This document shows positions 48,401-64,000 of a stretch of DNA of 64,000 bases, one piece after another. Each line of letters opens with the position of its first letter. The first letter of the stretch is position 1. The stretch comes from Asterias rubens. Its lineage: Eukaryota. The stretch is from contig NC_047062.1 of the NCBI RefSeq assembly GCF_902459465.1, positions 14,012,001 through 14,076,000 of the forward strand, given 5' to 3'. Under the pieces are notes generated by a model. The model worked only from the letters and a program-made list of their open reading frames with translations. It made no database searches and had not been told where the DNA came from. Made by a program: the position numbers and the translations under genes.

Positions 48401-51400
48401 AGGTTCGTTCCGCTATCGGCTCATACTTCTCGTATAGGAGTATATCTCCACCACCTGATAAGCTTTACTGAACGCTATGGCAAAGTTTGCAAATCTTGTA
48501 CTGCCCCTCTCTACATTTCACTGAAATTTTCAGCTGTAGATAGCGGAACAATTCTAGGAGTATACAACTCCCATCCATATTCTTAAAAATATGCCTAAAA
48601 AACTTAGGCCTACTGCAAAAGTACTGAATGTAATGGAAGTAGCAAAGTCAATGTGTAGAGAAGAAGTGAATGTACAATAGGTCTATATATTTCCATATAT
48701 CCTGTGCGTGGTGATTTGCAGAGTTTAAAATAAGCAAAGCACATTCGTGCACCAATTACTTTTAAGTTGTAAAACAATTTTGGTAGGTAGACCTAGCAAC
48801 TGACCTGTAATTAATTGTAAACCTTTTTTCGGTTTTCATATTTGCAGCGACCCACCAAAATTAATTAGAATTTTTGTTAGAAAACAGCCCTATACTAGAA
48901 AAGAATTCGGGGCATCTCGTACCCAAGTCAACTCGTACCCAAATCAACTCGTACCCAAGTCAACTCGTACCCAAGTCAACTCGTACCCAAATCAACTCGT
49001 ACCCAAGTCATCTCGTACCCAAGTCAACTCGTACCCAAGTCAACTCGTACCCAAGTCAACTCGTACCCAAGTCAACTCGTACCCAAGTCAACTCGTACCC
49101 AAGTCAACTCGTACCCAAGTCAACTCGTACCCAAGTCAACTCGTACCCAAGTCAACTCGTACCCAAGTCAACTCGTACCCAAATCAACTCGTACCCAAGT
49201 CAACTCGTACCCAAGTCAACTCGTACCCAAGTCAACTCGTACCCAAGTCAACTCGTACCCAAGTCAACTCGTACCCAAGTCAACTCGTACCAAAGTCAAC
49301 TCGTACCCAAGTCAACTCGTGCCCGAGTCAACTCGTACCCAAGTTAACTCGTACCCAAGTCAACTCGTACCCAAATAAATGTTTACCCAATTTTAGGGTT
49401 CCAACTCGTACTGATAAATATTGTGGTTTAATTTATGTATTTATGTAAATCATACATTCCTTTTATTTATTCATTGTTGTAATGATTTCGGTATTTTGTT
49501 TTTTTTGTTTGTTCATGTTGCAGGTAACGAACAGAATAAGCGAATAACGCAAAAGGCCTAATGTTTTTTTGCTTTTTGTTTTTTACTTGGTTGGGAGCAG
49601 TTCCCTGAAAACTTTTTAGAAGAAAAAAAATAATTGGCCGATTGAATTTTTTTCTTTTTTTTCTTTCGGAAAAAGTTAATCAGAACATACGCAAATGAAT
49701 TAATTGAATGAATTTTTACCATGAAATGTTCTTATGGGAACCCTTTAACAAGAAAAACATGGGACGTTTGCGTATAATACATCGTATTTTGTTTTATATT
49801 GAATGAGTTTTTTTTTAAGCAAACAAGAGAGGAACATAAAAACAGAAATTACAGCCCCACTGTTTAAAACATTGGAAGAATATTTCGGTTAAAAAAGTTA
49901 ACCTTTTTTATGTCTCAGTGTCTTTATAAGCATCAAACATTAAAAACGAAATTACAGCCTGGACTGTTTAAAACATTGGAAGAATACTACCGTAAAACAT
50001 CTAAAAGAAATCACCCCCCCCCCCCAAAAAAAAAAAAGTAGAAGACAGATGAACATCAAGCATTATTAAAAACAAAATTTGTGAGAAGGTATTAATTATT
50101 ATTAATGCTTATAAGTCAACTCGGTCCCAAGTCAACTCGGTCCCAAGTCAACTCGGTCCCAAGTCAACTCGGTCCCATGTCAACTCGGTCCCAAGTCAAC
50201 TTGGTCCGTATGGATGTTTTCTTTGAATTGAAAAAAAATACTAGTGTCTTTTGACTTTGTACATGAAACGGGATAAGTGTGCACTGATGTTCGGAATATA
50301 TTCTTCAATAGCGACCCATTTGTTTCTATGTTCAACATTCACTTTCGAAAATTACCGATTGTGTTGGCCCCAAAAAATGTCTTCAAATGTCTCTTTGCTT
50401 TTATTTCAACCAGAGTATTGTTTTCTGTATCAAGGCTCTCAACAATTAATTAATTGACAAACATTAATAATTGAATCCTCTTTGATTTCTTTTCAAGTAA
50501 CTTACATTTAAAATTAATTAATCTAAAATCAGTACGAACTACATAATAATTATTAAAAACTAAAGAAATTAGAAAGGAAATAATTTTATGTTTGGTTAAT
50601 TATAAAGAAAACTTTCAAGTTAATTTATAAGAATAACAAATAATATCCAAAAACTACTAATTAAATAAAAATCATAATAGACTAAAGTGCATTTTACAAG
50701 ATCAAAATAAAAATCTTGAGTTAATTGCGGTCCCTCCTCCCCACCCTCCCCTCCCCCCCGTGCAAGCTTCCCTGTCTTGGGACCGAGTAGTTGCGATAAT
50801 CGTAACCCTCCATCCTCCCGACGGTCGGAGACCTCCGGTCTCCGACCGTCGGGAGGATGGAGGGTTACGATTATCGCAACTAGGGACCGAGTTGACTTGG
50901 GACCGATTTGACTTGGGACCGAGTTGACTTGGGACCGAGTTGACTGGGACCGAGTTGGCTTGGGACCGAGTTGACCGGTACCCTTATTAATAAAAGTGAG
51001 TAGAACATCAATTTTATTTCCCATCGCTTATAAAATCACGTCGCACGGAATCTCCGTATCATCGGCATACAACGTACGTTAGACGGTACGAGTTGACTTG
51101 GGTACGAGTTGACCTGGGTACGAGTTGACTTGGGTACGAGTTGACTTGGGTATGAGTTGACTTGGGTACAATATTTTGGGTACGAGTTGACTTGGGTACG
51201 AGTTGACTTGGGTACAAGTTGACCCGTTTCGCTAGAAAATATATTTCTCCCTGTTACTTGTTAGCAGATAAGTTATTAGATTGTTGTGGTGACATTTTTT
51301 TGTATTATGAAACCTCAATATACACATTTCATATCGTAATTTTAATCCTGAAAAAAAATAAAACAAGTTGGAGACTATCAATCATCATCGTTTGCATCAA

Positions 51401-51492
51401 TCATCATTTATGACAATTAGTTTCATTCGAACCTCTTTCTTCAAAGCATCACCCTCACGGATCGAGCTCCGTAGACCACCTTTGGACGCCAT
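24492..51492 (-). CDS. NPHP1: Nephrocystin-1 (coiled coil, acidic and E/K-rich region, SH3, nephrocystin homology domain), 28 exons, 3006 nt, about 1001 aa
   Basis: Frame-consistent GT-AG exons: 51433-51492, 48178-48266, 47763-47823, 46832-46906, 45458-45519, 43443-44138, 39743-40012, 38824-38968, 38123-38217, 37207-37276, 36791-36842, 36474-36507, 36034-36076, 35585-35669, 34284-34375, 34070-34145, 33031-33083, 32667-32741, 31595-31667, 30933-30970, 30048-30133, 29065-29141, 28491-28590, 27951-28063, 27027-27100, 26270-26314, 25187-25303, 24492-24641. Peptides match recalled NPHP1 motifs: SH3 ([16 protein letters not shown]...[21 protein letters not shown]), [81 protein letters not shown]. 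Confidence 0.93.
25405..25570. repeat. Tandem duplication, 2 x 82 bp, in an NPHP1 intron
   Basis: GACTTTGCCCTGTTGCAGGCCTG...GGCCATGGTGAC repeated at 25405 and 25487. Confidence 0.95.
26718..26854. mobile_element. Short MITE (TIR TAAGCCC(A/G)GTTCATACTTCCT)
   Basis: TTAAGCCCAGTTCATACTTCCT ... AGGAAGTATGAACCGAGCTTAA. Relative at about 14755-14878. Confidence 0.65.
29579..29975 (+). mobile_element. tRNA-derived SINE with CORE-like box and TAT-rich tail
   Basis: Head GTCGTGGCCGAGCGGTTAAGAGC...GGTTCGAATCCC, then TGTGTCCTTAAGCAAGACACTTAACC, tail TTATTATTATCATT. Near-full copy at 58247-58651 (-). Heads at about 26000-26146 and 13540-13790. Confidence 0.85.
30219..30417. mobile_element. MITE with ATAGACC termini
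   Basis: ATAGACCGATCCATT ... AATGGATCGGTCTAT. Relative at about 40866-41072. Confidence 0.7.
32326..32628 (+). mobile_element. TTAA-flanked element, family of 17474-17865
   Basis: TIR TTAAAGCCATTGGACACTT / AAGTGTCCAATGGCTTTAA. Confidence 0.85.
33357..33583. repeat. Tandem repeat, 2 x about 117 bp
   Basis: ATAGTGATTCCCA(C/A)AACTGTGCAACAAGACAC at 33357 and 33474. A fragment also occurs near 37480-37510. Confidence 0.9.
34671..35213 (-). mobile_element. Second copy of the asymmetric palindrome-ended element
   Basis: Palindrome 34678-34841. 14-bp inverted repeats at 34842-34855 and 35200-35213. Confidence 0.8.
36136..36271. mobile_element. Short MITE (TIR GGAGACTTT)
   Basis: GGAGACTTTCGGGACGCT ... 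AGCGTTCCAAAGTCTCC. Second copy at about 61125-61228. Confidence 0.7.
42385..42987 (-). mobile_element. 5'-truncated LINE 3' end (CR1/Jockey-group ORF2 C-terminus plus 3' UTR)
   Basis: Open frame 42987-42763 without Met: [74 protein letters not shown]. Resembles the post-RT 'P.R.TR...R....YN.....D.F..SL..F' tail. AATAAA-rich end near 42400. Confidence 0.6.
42989..43138. mobile_element. MITE (TIR GGGGTCGATTTC(T/A)CAAAG)
   Basis: GGGGTCGATTTCTCAAAG ... CTTTGTGAGATCGGCCCC. Relatives at about 33920-34044 and 59740-59872. Confidence 0.7.
45021..45406 (-). mobile_element. TTAA-flanked Kolobok-like element (family of 4893-5282), inverted
   Basis: Reverse complement of the 4893 and 22190 copies, TTAA at both ends. 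Confidence 0.85.
46115..46215. repeat. Inverted repeat with about 35-bp arms (possible inverted Penelope-type terminal repeats)
   Basis: GACTATCTCTAATGAGTTGGGGTGGTTC ... GAACCACCCCTACTCATTAGAGATAGTC. Confidence 0.6.
46358..46560 (-). mobile_element. tRNA(Asn)-like-cored repeat, partial copy
   Basis: GACTAGAGCGGGATTTGAACCAACGACCTCCGG...GAGCTATCTAGCCC matches 8182-8254. Confidence 0.8.
50107..50983. mobile_element. Nested foldback element, 877 bp, arms of CAAGTCAACTCGGTCC, 8-bp TSD TTATTAAT
   Basis: About 6 copies at 50113-50208 and about 6 inverted copies at 50883-50976. TTATTAAT at 50099-50106 and 50984-50991. Confidence 0.8.
50790..50880. repeat. Perfect 44-bp-arm hairpin (3-nt loop) flanked by TA
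   Basis: GTTGCGATAATCGTAACCCTCCATCCTCCCGACGGTCGGAGACC-TCC-exact reverse complement. TA at 50788-50789 and 50881-50882. Confidence 0.95.
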
Positions 51493-51700
51493 TATAAGTA
51501 TTCTCCTTGTCTGACTGCTCCTAGTGTTATCATTCTATATCAATCAAGAAAAGGTAGAAGTGCGAAATAACTGTTTGATTTCACCCGCTAAAAATGTGTG
51601 TACATGGAGTGTTTTCGGTGATTGCAATGGAACGTCTGCAGGTAAACAAAAGTTGAGCCAAACAGCGCCCTCTTTTGACATCGATTTGCAAAGCAACAAC
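51493..51700. promoter_or_regulatory. Bidirectional promoter and 5' UTRs shared by NPHP1 and PSMD8
   Basis: Only 208 nt separate the divergent ATGs. Degenerate X-box-like ATTGCAATGGAAC at 51621-51633. CAGCGCCCTCT at 51663-51673. Confidence 0.7.
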
Positions 51701-54700
51701 ATGGCGACGACAATGAAAGAAGCAGTCTCGATGTACCAAAAGCTAAACAAGGAATGGAACAAGAAACCACCAAGTCTTGATAAATGTGGCGCTATTCTTG
51801 GACAGCTAAAGGTATGAAGTATACACACGCTATATTTGAAGTTGTTTGTTGTGTTAGCTTTGCTGTAGCATCAATTTAATAATGAAGTTAATAAATCGCT
51901 GATTCATATTTGTTTCCTATGCGAAACACATGGTAAATTTATCAACACTTATTTATGTGTACAATATTATTATAAGAAGGGCACACTGACGTGACCGTTA
52001 TTCTGAGCGGATTGACTGGCAAGCCGAAAGCTGTCAAAAAAAATTCATAAAAGATTACCAGATATTGCTTTATCCCACCAGTTTTTCATCCATTATGATA
52101 TTCATTATGAAAAATATTTCTTTTGTTAAAACTTTCTCAACAAATTCAAAAATTAACAAAGCATCAAATATTTGTTTTGACATATCTTTATGACTGTCCA
52201 TCAATGTAAGCTTTATTAAGTCTTTACAATACTTGCTGGTAATGGTATTCATGAAAACAACAACAAATATGTTATGACTATTAACATATTTGTTGTTGGT
52301 TTCGGTTTGTATTGAAACTTTAACTTACTAGAAGTTTTACTGTAGAAGTGCATAGTTTCAATACAAACAGAAACACGAAAAAAACCAAAAAAACATTTCT
52401 TCCTGTATTTACAATTCCTTTTGTCTTTTTATCTGAAACTTTCTTCCGCAGATTGCCTTGTTGAACCTTTCATTTCTACCCATAGCTGGAAGCAAGCCAT
52501 CCAAACAAGAATTACTCATTGCACGTGAGTAGAGTTTCCTGGCCTGGAATTACCCAGAAGCTTGAGGCCATGGCTTCTCTTGCCCTGGTCTAATAGCCTT
52601 GGTGCCCCTTCCTTCAGAAGTTTCCCACAGACTTTACATCGGAAGTGCCCTTTCCAATTTAGCCTTCCCCTCTCAAAGATCAAGTTCCAGACCCTAGTCT
52701 CCCCACATTACCCATTAACAATATCCCCAGACCAACAAGTGTTTTTTGGGGGACGCATCCTTTTTTTAAACTAATTTTGTCTTGGTTTTTGGCAGGTGAT
52801 ATTCTAGAGATTGGTGTGCAATGGAGTGTACTAAAAGGAGACATCCAGTCTTTTGAGAGGTACATGGCTCAACTGAAACCGTATTACTTTGATTACAGGT
52901 GAGTCAGAACACAGTAGAGTTTGTGTTTTTAAGATATTATACAGGATTGTTGGAGCTGACAAAAAAGTGGCAGACAGTGTTCATGTGGGATCAACCAATA
53001 CATGAAACAGCAATCCTCTGCAAATGACTTTCTGTGTACATCCAGGTTTTTTTTTATGCGAGATACAAACTTTTGTCACTCAAAAAGTCGCTACTCACGT
53101 AAACTTTTTTGCATGAAGATACAACCTTGTTGCATCGACACAATGATTTATAAACCACAATTTAGATAAAACACCTTGAAAGCATTCCTCTCTTTCATTT
53201 TCCAGGGAAGAGTTACCAGAATCTTCGTACAAGTTTCAGCTTTTAGGATTAAATCTACTTAGACTTCTAGCACAGAACAGACTGGCTGAGTTTCATACAG
53301 TAAGTATGCAGCTACTTGCCCTCATATTCACTATTTAGGAGAGAGTTGCAGTGCCAGAAGTTGCAAAGCCCCAATTCAAAGACTGAATGAAAGGAGAAAG
53401 ACATCACCAGGGCCCAATTTCATAAAGCTTTTAAGCAGAAAATATTGCTTAGCAGAAATGAGCAGGGTATCAGTAACAAATTGTACATGTGACATGGTAT
53501 GCGTCCAATCAAAATCAGGTGTTTGGTGATCAAAGAAAAGTGGCCCTTTTTATTTTGATGTTTGTCCATTTGTACAGGAATTGGAGCTGCTACCAGCCAA
53601 GGAAATCCAGAATAATATTTACATCAAGCACCCGGTATCAATGGAACAGTACCTGATGGAGGGAAGCTACAACAAGGTGAGATGACAAAAAAAACCATTC
53701 TTAGTAGACACACCCTTCAGTCAATCAAGAACATTCCTCATTACTGACACTGTACACTACTATTGGTAATTGTCAAAGACTAGCCTTCACAGTTGATGTA
53801 CCTCAACCTAATGCATAAAATAGCAAACACTTGAAAATTTGAGCTCAATTGGTCGTCAAAGATGCGAGATAATAATGAAGAAAAAAACACCCTTGTCACA
53901 CGAAGTTGTTTGCTTTCAGATGCTTGATTTCGAGACCTCAAATTCTAAATCTGAGGTCTCAAAATCGAATTCTTTGAAAATTACTTCTTTCTCGAAATCT
54001 ACATTACTTCAGAGGGAGCCGTTTCTCACAATGTTTTATACTATTAACCTCTCCCCATTACTCTTTACCAAGTAAGGTTTTATGCTTATAATTATTTTGA
54101 GTAATTCCACTGTCTTTAACGCTATCAAGCCCTTTGTTGGCAGTTACCCTATTTTGTCAATATCTTTCTTTGGGATGCCAGTCAAAAGCCATATAACCTG
54201 TTACTGCCGTGTAGGCAGAGATCACACCCAAGCTTATGATATAAACTGAGAAGCGGAAGAAGAGGTACTCCACAAGGGAAACTGACAGGGTAAATTTTAA
54301 ATAATTTTGAGTTGAACAAAGAAATGGCTTCTGACTGGCAATCCTGACCAAAAATAGATACTAGATACATGTAGATCAGTTGGTAGAGCGCAGCATTTTA
54401 ATAAGGAGGATGCAGGTTCAAATCCTGCGCATGTCAACTCTTCTTTCTTCAACCCCAAATTATTTAAAATGCACCCAGTGAGTTTTACTTGTGGTCTATA
54501 TTACTTGATCCATAAAATTTGCAATGTTGTTTTCGTCAAACGCAGGTATTTCTTGCCAAGGGCAACGTTCCAGCGGAGAGCTATAACTTCTTTATAGATA
54601 TCCTCCTGCTGACCATTCGAGATGAGATCGCTGCCTGTCTGGACAAGGCCTATGATAGGATAGCCTTCAACGAGGCTACAAGAATGCTCTTCTTCACTAA

Positions 54701-55472
54701 GCCTCAAGAAATGAAGGCATATTCAACAAAGGTAAAAATCTGTAGTGGTTTGAAGAGGGGCTTCAAGGTCGATGTCAGTTTTGTGATTCGTTATAGTCTT
54801 CATGAAATTTGGGGAAAATATAACAAGTCTCAAACCTCACGTTTGCAAAAATCCATAAATGTTTGTTGATGTCACATTTATCGTATATACCTTTTTGTTC
54901 AGAGAATTTTTAGTTCATTCCCGAATTCTAGTGTTATTTAATAAAAAAGACATTGGATGTAAGTTCATGACTGGCGCAAAAATTCCTCTTTGGAATGTAG
55001 ACCCATTTTTTTTGTGCTGTCCAATGACGTCATGTTTCAAATTTCGATCTGAAAGAGTACCCATGATGATATGTTGGTCTGTTGCTAGAAACTCATTAAC
55101 ATTTTTTTAAACTAAAAAATCACAGTCACTTTCCATGTTTGTCATAAGATCTTATAGTTTATTTTTAGAACCAAATTGTGAAGATCTAAGAAGGCAACAG
55201 TTTTGGAGTTAACTTTTATTTTATCAGAGTAAAGTATTAGAAATTAAATAGACACTGCTTTTTTCATCTTCAAATTTACTTTAACCATTTTCTGAGATTA
55301 CTGTTCTAATTCAACCTTTGCTCTCTTTTTCAATTTTCAGCGTGGCTGGGAAATTGGTTCAGACAACTACTTCGTGTTCCACAAAGACAAGAAGGCAGAT
55401 GACAGCATTCCCTCTCACCAGCTTGCGTTGCAGGCTATAGAATATGCAAGAGAGCTTGAGATGATTGTCTAG
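51701..55472 (+). CDS. PSMD8: 26S proteasome non-ATPase regulatory subunit 8 (Rpn12), 7 exons, 265 aa
   Basis: Exons 51701-51811, 52452-52524, 52796-52898, 53206-53299, 53578-53676, 54546-54731, 55341-55472 (798 nt, in frame). Motifs [83 protein letters not shown]. Confidence 0.97.
53752..54119 (+). mobile_element. Kolobok-like element copy in PSMD8 intron 5
   Basis: Internal match to 4893-5282. Right end CCACTGTCTTTAA, left end degraded. Confidence 0.8.
54121..54500. mobile_element. Two inverted partial copies of the tRNA-cored repeat
   Basis: 54121-54320 follows the orientation of 7976-8289. 54320-54500 reads the opposite way (GGCTTCTGACTGGCA...GATCAGTTGGTAGAGCG...GGTTCAAATCC). Confidence 0.65.
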
Positions 55473-56570
55473 TAAACCACATAGGAAGTAGAGTAGATTT
55501 CACTATTGCATATTCACACGTTGAACAGAAATTGTTTTTGTCAAAATGTGACATCGTCATCTCAGGACTATAAGGTCGATAGTGCTGTTTTGTTGGTTTT
55601 CATAAAATTAATTTTGTGTGTTTTGGAGCTCTTTAGAAACGGGAGTTATCCATTTGTTCTCGAAAGTAATGTTTGGCAAAATGTACAACTGTTCTATAGG
55701 TAAACCAATTATTTGCGGGTTTTGATGCGCTTTTCAAATTTATTCACATTTATTTCGATCGCTATGGAAATGAAAATGAAATTGGTGACCTTATAGCACT
55801 GAGCTGACGACATGCTTGTTTGACTACCTGCCATATAGGCAACGTAAATAAAGTTCCCGAGTAAAACTTGAAACACAAAGATGAAATACATTTTTGTTTT
55901 GTGAGTCGAGTGTACCAATGTTCATTGTTCTATAGGTGGTTAATTTACTGATGGGGCCAACTTTCCTTATGCTGTTTACCAATAAGATTATTTGTGCTTG
56001 GTATAGCAGAAAAGTTGTGAAAAGTGAAAACAAGTGTATTTCATAAACGATCAAAAAGATTTGGCAACACGAAACGGTTTTCCGATGTTGGAATACTCAT
56101 CTGCGTAAAAGAACAACCAGCTTTGCTAACTACTAGCAATTAATAATTTTGCATTCTGTTGATGGGTGCTCCGTATTTGACAGTCTGTTTGCAGGCATTA
56201 GCCCTACAGGTTCTGTGTTGCAGGATCCCTTTGTTATTTGTGAAAATGTACTCTTGAAATGTTCCGTGTAAAGTCAGCTATAATACGGGCAATGATAATT
56301 CAATTTCTGAACGTCAATACTGTGTGTGGCATGCCAGAGTCACCATCACATATTGGTCATTGTTTAATGGATTTATATTTGGGAGAACTCTGAAGTATTG
56401 TATAATAAAACAAAAACTCATTGAATTTAAAAGTGTGCAGAATGTTTGTTTATTGAGTCACCTTTCTAGGTCAATAATGAAGACGAGTAGAAGCTGAGGT
56501 TTATGTACATGTACATGAAGCAGACTGACAATAAGTTAATCATGAGAGTAACGAATGATATCACACTAAG

Positions 56571-56820
56571 TTAACCCTTTGGTGCACAGATTAATTTTTG
56601 AAAAAGCAAAAAAAGAACTAATGAACTATATTTTTCTCAATTTTTTTTAATAGCACCCCCTGTTGAACATCACACCAAAAGAAAGTTCAACACTCGCTCT
56701 AAACAATTGAATGAGGGCGGTATAGGGGGGTTGTAGTTTTTAAGTCATGACTGTTTATATAAGTCCAAATTGATGTGATTTTGGTGGTCGCTACAACCGC
56801 CTTGTGCACCAAAGGGTTAA
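56571..56820. mobile_element. piggyBac-like MITE
   Basis: TTAA-CCCTTTGGTGCACA ... TGTGCACCAAAGGG-TTAA: perfect 14-bp TIR with CCC/GGG termini and TTAA TSD. Confidence 0.85.
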
Positions 56821-58073
56821 GTGATTAGGCAAAGGTATACTTTCGACTCTCGTTACAATGACTGCTGGGACCGGCCAAATTACCAGCCAAATGGCCAAAT
56901 TACTAACAACCTATACACCTCTGTGAGTGATTGGGCACAGGTGTACACTCAACACTCATTATAACAAGATAGCTGGGACTGACCAAATTGCCTTTTATAA
57001 CAGGAATGTTGCAAAGACACACCTGGAATACGTGGAGTTTTGCCCAGTTCGTAGTACAAAACAATACTGATCTTAATTTTTGACGGAATAAAAGCACAAC
57101 ACATTTCAAATCTGAACGGAAAACCTGCACTTTGAATAATGTACATTTATGCGATTAGTAAATACAAAGGGTGTTATGACACAGTAACTCCTCTAAGATT
57201 TAAATGTCCACAAAAGGACATCCTATAAAAAGGTCAAAATTCAGTTTAGTGACCTCATCAAAGTGGGGGGAAAATTAGATGTCTCTAAACTTGCTGTAAC
57301 CACTTGACGTCGAGTGATGCATTTTTCTGCAAACTTATTTTGCATTATTCCCTGCATAGCGAACAATTAGATGATAATAATAATAAAAGACATGTATATA
57401 GCGCTCTTACACGAGGTACCACAGCGCTTTAGATAAGGCCCATTGAGTCTGGTTATCTTCACCCAGTGAAACTACTAAGTCTTTCAAAAACATGTTTAAT
57501 TTTTGTTTATTAATAAATGCTGGAGTGAAATATTCTTTTAATGTTGGTTAATCAAACAGGTTTAGGAGGGAGACGCAATGTTTTCTTAGTAACTCTTCTG
57601 ATCAGCTCCATCAGAACTAGGGCGTTTACGCCAACAAACATTTTGTTCTTAATAACCACTTTCCTTCTTTCTAGAAATTCAGTAATAACTCGGTAATAAC
57701 CCAGGACTTTGAAGTACCCAAAGCTAAAATTTATGGGAAGGTTTCATTGGAACAAGGACCAATTTCATAGAGCTGCTTTTCAGCCAAAAATAGGCCGAGC
57801 CACAACAAAACATTTTAATTTATACCACGAAAAACAGTTATGTCACACAGACTTTTCCCGACTGGTGTCCCAAAAATTGAGGCTTGGCTGAAAAATGATC
57901 AGCAAGATTTTCTGATTAAGTATCTCTATGAAACTGGGCCCTTCCATGGATTTTAACGAAACTTTATGCAACTGTGTAAGTCCACTTGTGCAATACTTCT
58001 TGCACAAGTGGATTGTCGAAGTTGCGTTAATTTGTTTCCTGTGATATTGGCCTGCTGGTCTGGTTTATTTGAT

Positions 58074-63998
<5,925 letters not shown>

Positions 63999-64000
63999 AG

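Larger units (their letters stand above)
48903..51231. mobile_element. Foldback (TU-like) element, 2329 bp, arms built from 16-bp tandem repeats, 8-bp TSD CTAGAAAA
   Basis: About 29 copies of CAAGTCAACTCGTACC at 48914-49375 and about 8 inverted copies at 51085-51225. CTAGAAAA at 48895-48902 and 51232-51239. Confidence 0.8.

Noticed and set aside
48874-49347. 157-aa ORF of repeated [16 protein letters not shown], and CRISPR-like look of the array
   Set aside because: It is the translation of a stop-free 16-bp tandem repeat (48-nt period) starting at TTG. There are no spacers and the context is eukaryotic.
51493-51700. Nrf1/ARE (TGACnnnGC) site expected at a proteasome promoter
   Set aside because: No exact match found by eye in the 208-nt interval.

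Overview
AT-rich, intron-rich animal genomic DNA, probably an invertebrate deuterostome such as a sea star (inference from gene structure, TTAGGG repeats and repeat style). Three spliced genes were reconstructed by hand from GT-AG sites and reading frame. NPHP1/nephrocystin-1 is on the - strand (28 exons, 24492-51492, about 1001 aa, with a large acidic and E/K-rich insert). PSMD8/Rpn12 is on the + strand (7 exons, 51701-55472, 265 aa) and starts head-to-head, with 208 nt between its ATG and that of NPHP1. PSMC6/Rpt4 is on the - strand (last 9 exons, 58074-63967) and converges on PSMD8. The left 22 kb seems to hold only 5' exons of an unidentified - strand gene (low confidence). The non-coding DNA is dense in non-autonomous elements: TTAA-flanked Kolobok- and piggyBac-like elements, several MITE families, tRNA-derived SINEs and LINE 3' ends. 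The most unusual structures are a nested pair of foldback (TU-like) elements with 16-bp tandem-array arms and 8-bp target duplications, a near-identical 1154-bp tandem duplication carrying telomeric repeats and a long hairpin, degenerate hammerhead-like motifs of Penelope type, and a tRNA-cored 314-bp repeat found joined head-to-tail. No database searches were possible, so family names and comparisons to human genes are from recall.
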